This document shows positions 1 through 7,011 of a stretch of 64,000 nt of DNA, piece after piece (within the stretch, counting starts at the first letter, position 1; each line of letters starts with the position of its first letter). The translations under genes and the position numbers were made by a program. Source of the stretch: an uncultured Verrucomicrobiae bacterium (GTDB lineage: Bacteria > Verrucomicrobiota > Verrucomicrobiia > Limisphaerales > Palsa-1400); NCBI GenBank assembly GCA_963702845.1, contig OY969763.1, forward strand, positions 5,728,001 to 5,792,000, read 5' to 3'. The notes under the pieces are model-generated. The model worked only from the letters and a program-made list of their open reading frames with translations, ran no database searches and had not been told where the DNA came from.

Positions 1-1
1 C

Positions 2-661
2 GATCAACTCATCCGTCTTCGCGAAAAACGCCGGAGTGTAAATGAGCGATGAGCCGACGCCGAGCGCGCCTTCTTCCATCGCCTGGCGCACCAAACCACG
101 CATGCGGTTCATCTCGCCAGGAGTCGGCGGACGATTTGCGTAGCCAACTTCGTGAATGCGCACAGTCGTGGCGCCCACGAATGACGCGACATTCGGCGAA
201 ATGCCGCGTTGCGTCAGGTAATCGAGGAACTGGCCGAGCGTCGTCCACTCGATTTTGTAGTGGATGTCTTTTTGCCCGAGCATTTCATCCCGCTTCATTG
301 CCTCGTTCAACGGGCCGGGTGAATCGCCTTCGCCAAAAACTTCCAAGGTGACGCCCTGGCGGATGTCGCTTTGGGAACGTCCGTCGTAAAGCAATGTATT
401 CTCGGCCCAACTCAGCATGTTGATGAAGCCGGGGGCGACAGCCAATCCGGTCGCATCGATTTCCTTGAAGCCCTTGCCCGAAACTTTGCCGATGAGCGCG
501 ATCGAATCGTTCTTGATCGCCACATCGCCGACGAAGCGCTTACTGCCGGTGCCGTCGTAAATCGCCCCGTTGCGAATGACGACATCGTATTTTGGCTCTT
601 CAGCGGCGATGCCATGCGTTGCGAGCGCAAACACCGCAATTGCTAAGATGAACCGTGACAT
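2..661 (-). CDS. N-acyl-D-amino-acid deacylase (D-aminoacylase) family amidohydrolase, 5' part; runs off the window
   Basis: Not in the ORF track; translated by hand from ATG at 661: MSRFILAIAVF..YDVVIRNGAIYDGTG..EIDATGLAVAPGFINMLSWA..QGVTLEVFGEG..AMEEGALGVGSSLIYTPAFFAKTDELI. Signal peptide plus typical D-aminoacylase motifs. Confidence 0.85.
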   Translation of the reverse strand, partial: MSRFILAIAVFALATHGIAAEEPKYDVVIRNGAIYDGTGSKRFVGDVAIKNDSIALIGKVSGKGFKEIDATGLAVAPGFINMLSWAENTLLYDGRSQSDIRQGVTLEVFGEGDSPGPLNEAMKRDEMLGQKDIHYKIEWTTLGQFLDYLTQRGISPNVASFVGATTVRIHEVGYANRPPTPGEMNRMRGLVRQAMEEGALGVGSSLIYTPAFFAKTDELI

Positions 662-711
662 AAGTTTATAGTCCCGGCTTCAGCCGGTCAGCGCAATGCG
701 GCGGCGGATGT

Positions 712-1347
712 TTAGGGAGCCGGTGCCGGGATGACGATTTTTTGGCCGACTTGCAATCGGTTCCAATTAACCGAGGGATTCGCATCCTGAACCTTTTTCA
801 TACTGATTTTCTTCATCCCTTCTGATTGGAATTTTCTATTAAAGGCCTGAACGATCGCCGAAAGCGTTTCACCGTCTTGGACAGTGTGCGGAAAACCATC
901 CGTAGTGGCCGGAGCATCGGCGGTGGTAGTCGGCTTATCCTTGATCACCGGCGCGGGACGGGACGACCCCGCCTTTAACACCGCCTTTTCGATGTCCGCA
1001 ATCGACTTCTTGATCTCATCGGAAATCATCTGCTTGTCCGACTCGCGCTTTTTGTCGACCTCCTGGATTTTATCGCGCAACAGTTTCATATCATCGTGGA
1101 CCGACGAATTACTATTTGCCTTCGCCTGATCCTCGCTGATTTTGCTGAGGCGTTCCTCGAGCGCGTTGATCTTGTGCTGCAACGAAGCGTTGGCGGCCTG
1201 CAGCGCTTCCACATCGGCGCTCATGCGTTTATAGCGCTCCTCGGCGTCCTGTCTATCGGCCGCGGCGGCAGCCGTGCTGGCATTCTGGGCAAAAATGGGC
1301 AATTGCAGCGCGAGCAAAATTGAGGTGAGGCACAACATCCTTTTCAT
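712..1347 (-). CDS. Secreted coiled-coil protein with C-terminal LysM peptidoglycan-binding domain
   Basis: Signal peptide MKRMLCLTSILLALQLPIFA (ATG 1347), heptad-rich middle, C-terminal HTVQDGETLSAI..ANPSVNWNRLQVGQKIVIP (LysM). Confidence 0.85.
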   Translation of the reverse strand: MKRMLCLTSILLALQLPIFAQNASTAAAAADRQDAEERYKRMSADVEALQAANASLQHKINALEERLSKISEDQAKANSNSSVHDDMKLLRDKIQEVDKKRESDKQMISDEIKKSIADIEKAVLKAGSSRPAPVIKDKPTTTADAPATTDGFPHTVQDGETLSAIVQAFNRKFQSEGMKKISMKKVQDANPSVNWNRLQVGQKIVIPAPAP

Positions 1348-1424
1348 GGATGCGACATTAAAACTCCCGCGAAATGAATTCAAGCTCGCGCTGGTTTCGA
1401 GAGGCCAAACTTTCGATCTTTTCC

Positions 1425-1497
1425 GAAGGAGACGAGGTGACGATGCTCACTTCTGGAAATCCGAAAGAAGTCAGAGCCTCCTGACGTCGGCTGCTAC
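1425..1497. repeat. REP-like imperfect inverted repeat (GTAG-type arms)
   Basis: Arm 1425-1448 GAAGGAGACGAGGTGACGATGCTC versus reverse complement of 1474-1497 GTAGCAGCCGACGTCAGGAGGCTC (17/24). Inner ACTTCT/AGAAGT pair. Arm 1 matches 41231-41254 at 20/24. Confidence 0.7.
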
Positions 1498-1514
1498 AAT
1501 GGGCAGAAAAAAGT

Positions 1515-1705
1515 GGTAAAAAACTACTTTGACCTGGTTTGACTGGCCTTGACTAGGTTTGACAAATCCAGAACCAGTCAAACCCCGGTCACAGTAGCAG
1601 TCGCGGTGATTGGCAGTCGCAAAAAAGGGTAAAAAACTACTGCTAAATGGTGCTAAGTAGTGCGAAATGGTGCTAACTAGTGCTAAAAATCGGGAACTTT
1701 TAGCA
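1515..1705 (+). repeat. Two leader plus 10-bp-phased hexamer arrays
   Basis: GGTAAAAAACTAC at 1515 and 1628. The first is followed by (T/C)TTGAC at 1528/1538/1548/1558, the second by TGC(T/G)AA at 1641/1651/1661/1671/1681. Each array ends with one inverted copy after 13 bp. Confidence 0.85.
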
Positions 1706-1870
1706 CTCGTTTGGCAGTTACATTCGCAGTAGGCATTGCACTGTATTGAACTTCGGTCAGGCGGCAGGTTTAGTTTTCTAACGTTCTGGTGTTTAGTCAT
1801 ACACAAGAGGTTAATCTCTCGGTTGGTTGGAAGCTTCTTAGCAGTTCTGGTGTCCTAATAAGAATGAAAG

Positions 1871-2341
1871 ATGCGCGATAAAAATTTTATAGCCGAACAT
1901 CGCGGTGGGTTGCTGAAGATGCGTGATCACCGATTGCTCGCGAAGTGGGCCGCCGATTGTGCGGAGCATATCTTGAACGCGGTCTGGATGAATAAAGAAG
2001 ACCTGCGGCCATTCCGAGCGGTGGAGCAGGGGCGGGCGTGGTCGCGTGGTGAGAACAGAGTTGGTGATTGCCAAAAAGCTGCGGTTGCGGCCCATGCCGC
2101 CGCTCGGGCCTGCAAAGATCCGGCTGCGATTGCTGCGGCTCGTTGCGCGGGCCACGCCGTCGCGACGGCGCATATGGCGGATCATTGTTTTGGTGTTGGC
2201 TATGCTTTGAAAGCTGCAACGCTCGCTGGTCTCGATGTCGAACAGGAGCGGGCTTGGCAAAAAAGGCATCTGCCAAGACAAGTTCGTAAACTGGTTATCA
2301 CCGGACAAGCCCGCCGACGAGCATTGGGCAGGAGTATGTAG
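1871..2341 (+). CDS. Imm5-like putative immunity protein
   Basis: DHRLLAKWAADCAEHIL..RP..AVEQGRAWSRGE..AAVAAHAAAR..AARCAGHAVATAHMADH pattern recalled for the Imm-5-like family. Confidence 0.65.
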   Translation: MRDKNFIAEHRGGLLKMRDHRLLAKWAADCAEHILNAVWMNKEDLRPFRAVEQGRAWSRGENRVGDCQKAAVAAHAAARACKDPAAIAAARCAGHAVATAHMADHCFGVGYALKAATLAGLDVEQERAWQKRHLPRQVRKLVITGQARRRALGRSM

Positions 2342-2363
2342 GTGCGGTGAGTCGGTGAGTTGG

Positions 2364-2453
2364 TTCAATCGTCGCTACGCGACGAGTCGACGATCGACCG
2401 TTCTGATCCGTGGAATGAATTCCACGGCTACCTTCAAGAACCGCTACGCGGTT
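2364..2453. repeat. REP-like element with three hairpins
   Basis: CGTCGC-TAC-GCGACG (2370-2384), CCGTGGAA-TGAA-TTCCACGG followed by CTACC (2408-2432), AACCGC-TAC-GCGGTT (2439-2453). Confidence 0.7.
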
Positions 2454-2502
2454 CAACAATCATCCCGGCGGACGAAGAATTTGGTTTGAGCTCACAAAAA
2501 AG

Positions 2503-2541
2503 TTGACACGCCGTCCTAACTGTCATACTGTCCTATGACGG
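2503..2541 (+). promoter_or_regulatory. Sigma70-type promoter overlapped by a putative GntR/YtrA operator
   Basis: TTGACA 2503-2508, 17-bp spacer, TACTGT 2526-2531. Palindrome GTCATA-N6-TATGAC (2522-2539) directly upstream of the GntR ATG. Confidence 0.6.
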
Positions 2542-2946
2542 ATGATCTTTAAGGTCGATTTCAAATCTGGTAAGCCGGTTTATTTGCAACTGGTCGACCA
2601 GGTTCGTTATGCGGCGGCTTCTGGAGCTTTGCGCGCGGGGGAGCCGCTGCCGTCTGTGCGGCAGCTTGCGGAAGAAATGCGGGTCAATCGCAACACTGTC
2701 GCCAAGGCTTATAGCGAACTTGAAAACCAGGGCGTCATCGAAACCATTGCCGGCAAAGGCTGCTTTTTGAAGGAGAACAATTCTCCTTTTACCAAACACG
2801 CCAAGGAGGAACTGCTGGAGAAGGCGATCGATGGCGCTGTGGTCACGGCGCATCACCTGCAAATCGACCACGCAAGCTTTCTCGCGCTCGTTCGCGAACG
2901 CCTCGCGTGGTTTGAACGCAAAATCAAAGGAGGAAAAGATGAGTAA
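2542..2946 (+). CDS. GntR-family transcriptional regulator (YtrA subfamily)
   Basis: PVYLQLVDQVR..GEPLPSVRQLAEEMRVNRNTVAKAYSELENQGVI wHTH; short C-terminus; heads an ABC operon. Confidence 0.92.
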   Translation: MIFKVDFKSGKPVYLQLVDQVRYAAASGALRAGEPLPSVRQLAEEMRVNRNTVAKAYSELENQGVIETIAGKGCFLKENNSPFTKHAKEELLEKAIDGAVVTAHHLQIDHASFLALVRERLAWFERKIKGGKDE

Positions 2947-3841
2947 CGAAGCGCCCGCGATTGAAATCCGAAACCTGATCCGTCGCTACGGCAAGCTCGA
3001 CGCCGTCAACGGACTGAACCTGACGGTGCAACCCGGCAGATGTTACGGGTTCTTTGGCCGCAATGGCGCGGGCAAAACCACAACGATCAAATGCCTCCTC
3101 AACCTGCTGCGACCGACGTCCGGCGGTGTTCGGGTTTTCGGCCTGGACCCGCAGAAGGATGAGGTCGCGGTGAAATCGCGTCTGGCATATGTCCCGGATG
3201 CGGTCGCGTTTTACCCGTGGATGACGGTGCGCGACACGCTGAACTATCTCGCGTCCTTTCGCAAAAACTGGAACGACCAAATCGAGTCCGACTTGTTGAA
3301 GCGCTTTGAGCTGAATGAAAGCCAAAAGACCAGCCACCTTTCTAAAGGGCAGAAGACCCAACTCGCGCTGATCGGCGCAATTGCCGCCGAGCCCGAGCTT
3401 CTGGTTCTCGACGAACCTACGTCCGGCCTCGACCCGATTGTCCGTCGCGAATTCATCGAGACGGTCATCGGCGCGTATCAGAGCAGTGGTGCTGAGCGCC
3501 GCACGGTATTCGTTTCCACTCATCTTATTTCGGAGTTCGAAGGTCTTATCGACGATTTCACCATCATTGAGCAGGGGAAAGAACTCCTGACCATGAACGC
3601 CGACGCCGCCCGCGATCGTTTCAAAAAAATCCGTGCTCGCTTCGCTCAACCGATGCGCGACCTGCAACTCCCCGGCGCACTCAGTCAGCGGAGTGCCGGT
3701 CGCGACGTGGAGGTTCTCGCCAACGGCAACAGCGAACAGGTCATTGCGGCGTTGAAATCAAAATCCCCCGAAGACCTCACTTGCGAATCGCTCACGTTGG
3801 AAGAAATCTTCGTCGCCTCAAAAACCCTGAGCCGCGCCTGA
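2939..3841 (+). CDS. ABC transporter ATP-binding protein
   Basis: Walker A GRNGAGKTT, signature LSKGQ, Walker B LLVLDEPT. Start MSNEAPA at 2939 after an AGGAGG RBS. Confidence 0.93.
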   Translation: MSNEAPAIEIRNLIRRYGKLDAVNGLNLTVQPGRCYGFFGRNGAGKTTTIKCLLNLLRPTSGGVRVFGLDPQKDEVAVKSRLAYVPDAVAFYPWMTVRDTLNYLASFRKNWNDQIESDLLKRFELNESQKTSHLSKGQKTQLALIGAIAAEPELLVLDEPTSGLDPIVRREFIETVIGAYQSSGAERRTVFVSTHLISEFEGLIDDFTIIEQGKELLTMNADAARDRFKKIRARFAQPMRDLQLPGALSQRSAGRDVEVLANGNSEQVIAALKSKSPEDLTCESLTLEEIFVASKTLSRA

Positions 3842-3842
3842 C

Positions 3843-6443
3843 ATGAACGCACTCATCCGCAAAGAAATTCGAGCAGTCCTGCCCGCGTGGGTGGCAACGT
3901 TGCTACTGGCGATCTTGCCGATGTGGCTTTACGCCGTCAACGCCGCGGGTTTTTTGTTAGGGGCAAAAACGGCACGACCAGAAATAGGTGCAGTTTCGGG
4001 CTATTGCTTTGGCCTCAGTGCCGTCGCTTTGGCCCTGCTGCCCTTTGGTCACGAATTCACGGCTAGAACGTTCAGTATGCTGCTTTCACAGCCGGTACCA
4101 CGCCAACGCATGTGGCTCGTCAAGGCGCTGTCGCTTGGTGTCGCGATAATTCTTAACTTAGCGATCTATTTACTTTCATTGTATATTGTTCTTCGCTGGT
4201 TTTACGGTGCGGATTTCTCGATTAAAGGTTGGTCAGAGTTGCGAGACATGTTGCAAGCAGCTCCGATGATCGCGCTTATCGCCTATTCAGGCGGCCTTTG
4301 GACAACCGTTCTCTTTCGCACGGTTCTGGGCGCGTTGGGAATAACCATTGTGGCGCCTTTGGCAGTCCTGATGCTGGAAGGTTGGATAGGTGGGAAAATC
4401 GGGCCACACTACGACGATGTCCTCCTGCCTTGGAGTATGATCGCATATGGCATCGCTGGTATAATTTTTGCCCGATGGTATTTCTTGCGCGCTCAAGACG
4501 TCCCCTGGGGAAGCCGAACCGTTTCACTGCCGAGCGGACAGACCAGCGTCTGGCGCGTTCTCTCCACCTTTCGGCGCAGTCACAAGTATGTCGCCCTGTT
4601 GCAAAAGGAACTGCAACTTCAGCAGGTCAGTTTTTTTATCGCGCTACTACTCCTGCTGGCACACCTCGGAAGCTTGCTGATCCGAGAATTTATTCCGCAT
4701 CAAACCAGGAGTGCGCTCTGGATGGTGATTGATAATGCGTGGATCCTTTGGCTCGCCTTACCGCTTTTTGTTGGAAGCATGGCTGTCGCCGAGGAGCGTC
4801 GGTTGGGCACGCTGGACGATTTGCTTACGCAGCCGGTTTCTCGTTGCGGCAAATTCGCAGTCAAACTCATCGTCACTTTTGCTTTGGCTCTTTTCTTTGG
4901 TGCGGTCATGCCATGGGCAATTGAAAAAATATTCCACATCCCACGCGTTTTGGCGTTCGACCTAATGCACGATGCAACGCTGGCCGATTTAGCGAAAATG
5001 ACACTGTGGATTGTTTCGTGTGCGTTTTTTGCCTCTGCCGCGATGCGCGGCAGTATCGAAGCCATTTGTCTGGGTGCTGTCGCAGTTCCCTTAGTCGTCG
5101 TGCTGATGAACGCCCTTGCAGGTTATTACAGCGCCTATGTAGCGGAAATCGCTGGCATCCTCGTTCTGCTATCGGCCCTTTGGCTGGCTTGGAGAAATTT
5201 CAGCTGCTCGCAAATTCGCTTGCCCGATATCGCGATCACATTGGCGACCGTTGTGACAACCGTCGTAACAGGGTGGGGCGTCGCGAGCTTCACTTGGAAT
5301 CGCGGTTGGGAATACTTCCTGCGCCTTGAACCCGAACATGGCGCACCGGTTCTTCATGCGACCGACCGTGTCAAAATTGCCTCCAGTGCTTTCGGTCCGA
5401 TCGCATTGTTACCCGATGGCCGAATTTGGATGGCCACATACAATTACCACTGGCGCGCTGTTTCCAAAAAACCGAAATCAGATGAAGTTTTGTCCGCTGT
5501 GACGGTGAGCAACGCGCGATTCCTTCCCGGCACCTGGAAGGATTTTTCCGTTGGGCCAGTTCTCTACGCCATTAAGGCCGATGGAACTCTCTGGCAATTG
5601 ACTTACGTTAAATTTCTTAACCGAACCAGGTTTCACGCTAACGAACTCAACCCGCCAAAACAAATTGGTTCCGATACCGACTGGGCCTCGTTAAGTGGCG
5701 GACGCAATTACATCCTCGCTTTAAAACGCGACGGATCACTTTGGGGCTGCGGCGCGAACGACTTTGGCCAACTGGGCCCCGGTCCCAAAAAGGGCACCCA
5801 AATTCTAAAACCAATTTGGCCCGGGTCGTCATGGTCGAGGGTCCTTACCGCAGACTATCAATGCCTGGGTTTTAAAAAAGATGGCACCTCATGGGAATGG
5901 GGCGGTCTCAATAGGAATGAAACGTCCTTAAAGGCCGATTTCCCGCCTTTCGAACCTCAACCCTCGGTGTTTGAAGGCACCAACTGGACGTCTTATTTCG
6001 CGAGCTTTCCCATTCATTTCGCAACGCGCGATGATGGCACGCTTTGGAGTTCAATTCCTGACAAATCTCTGAACGTCATCAAGGCGCCATGGACCATCTT
6101 CGGCCAACCGGTCACAATTGAGCAAGGACTTCATCGTTTGGGAACGGCATCCGACTGGCGCCTGCTCACGGCCCGGCATCCGATGTCTGCTTTAAAGACG
6201 GACGGCACATGGTTGGTGCATGATGGCAGTTGCGTCGGGCGACCGAGGAGCGAAGGGGTAAAAGTCAGTCGATATACCGATTGGATCACCGTTTCGTCTG
6301 ACTTCGATATATCAAAATCTGAGATAATCGGCATAGCCGCCGATGGAACGATTTCCAGTTGGATGGCTTTAGATTGGTATCCGTATGACATCGGCCCGTC
6401 GCACCGCCCAACCTGGTCCACCAACATCTTCGCCGCCCGATGA
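3843..6443 (+). CDS. ABC-2-type permease (two membrane modules) with C-terminal RCC1-like repeat domain
   Basis: Two permease modules (LIRKEIR..FGHEF..LLSQPVPR and LLQKELQ..AEERRLGTLDDLLTQPVSR), then repeats such as YAIKADGTLW and ILALKRDGSLWGCGANDFGQLG. Confidence 0.8.
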   Translation: MNALIRKEIRAVLPAWVATLLLAILPMWLYAVNAAGFLLGAKTARPEIGAVSGYCFGLSAVALALLPFGHEFTARTFSMLLSQPVPRQRMWLVKALSLGVAIILNLAIYLLSLYIVLRWFYGADFSIKGWSELRDMLQAAPMIALIAYSGGLWTTVLFRTVLGALGITIVAPLAVLMLEGWIGGKIGPHYDDVLLPWSMIAYGIAGIIFARWYFLRAQDVPWGSRTVSLPSGQTSVWRVLSTFRRSHKYVALLQKELQLQQVSFFIALLLLLAHLGSLLIREFIPHQTRSALWMVIDNAWILWLALPLFVGSMAVAEERRLGTLDDLLTQPVSRCGKFAVKLIVTFALALFFGAVMPWAIEKIFHIPRVLAFDLMHDATLADLAKMTLWIVSCAFFASAAMRGSIEAICLGAVAVPLVVVLMNALAGYYSAYVAEIAGILVLLSALWLAWRNFSCSQIRLPDIAITLATVVTTVVTGWGVASFTWNRGWEYFLRLEPEHGAPVLHATDRVKIASSAFGPIALLPDGRIWMATYNYHWRAVSKKPKSDEVLSAVTVSNARFLPGTWKDFSVGPVLYAIKADGTLWQLTYVKFLNRTRFHANELNPPKQIGSDTDWASLSGGRNYILALKRDGSLWGCGANDFGQLGPGPKKGTQILKPIWPGSSWSRVLTADYQCLGFKKDGTSWEWGGLNRNETSLKADFPPFEPQPSVFEGTNWTSYFASFPIHFATRDDGTLWSSIPDKSLNVIKAPWTIFGQPVTIEQGLHRLGTASDWRLLTARHPMSALKTDGTWLVHDGSCVGRPRSEGVKVSRYTDWITVSSDFDISKSEIIGIAADGTISSWMALDWYPYDIGPSHRPTWSTNIFAAR

Positions 6444-6465
6444 CACAGCAGCCGTCGTTATGCGA

Positions 6466-6678
6466 TCAGACCGCCACCACTTCATCCGGGCAAAAGAAAT
6501 CAAATGGCGGCAACCCTTCTTCCCTTGCGATCGCCTTGCTGATCTGCACGGCTTGCGCCGCCATGGTCGCGCTTTTGGCGTAGTCTCCGACCTTGGAAGC
6601 CATGATCGAGCCCTTTTGCAGGGCGCTGAGTTCACGTTTGAGATCCAAAATTACCGAGTCTTCCGTTTGTTTAGTCAT
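6466..6678 (-). CDS. Small hypothetical helical protein (70 aa)
   Basis: ATG preceded by a GGAGGGA RBS-like sequence; fills the gap convergent with the permease; protein-like composition. Confidence 0.5.
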   Translation of the reverse strand: MTKQTEDSVILDLKRELSALQKGSIMASKVGDYAKSATMAAQAVQISKAIAREEGLPPFDFFCPDEVVAV

Positions 6679-7011
6679 AAAATTCCCTCCCGTTCAAAAA
6701 GTTGATGTGACGGTCGCATGTCCGAGGGCTAGTGGCTATACGGGGTTTGCTGAAACCGGATTGCACGTTTTTGAGAGCAGTTTTTGCGATTTTGTGGTGA
6801 GCAAACTCACATGGGTATTGCTGAGGAACCACTATGCTAAACTGCGACACTGTTTGTGTAAGCGCCACAATGACAGCGCTATCCGCCGCTACTCAACCCT
6901 TCGTAAACCATTCCTCATCCAGAGGATTAGCTATTTATCAGGCTTGCCTGATGAAAAAACATATTGGCAATTCGAAGGGCTCGTGGCATTTAATCCGGCC
7001 CTACATCTTAT

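Noticed and set aside
1515..1705. CRISPR array interpretation of the periodic repeats (also 30576-30803)
   Set aside because: Units are 6-10 bp with no 25-45-bp unique spacers, and there are no cas genes.
2364..2460. Integron attC site after the Imm5-like gene
   Set aside because: No RYYYAAC..GTTRRRY pair forming one long stem; three separate small hairpins fit a REP-like element better, and there is no integron integrase.
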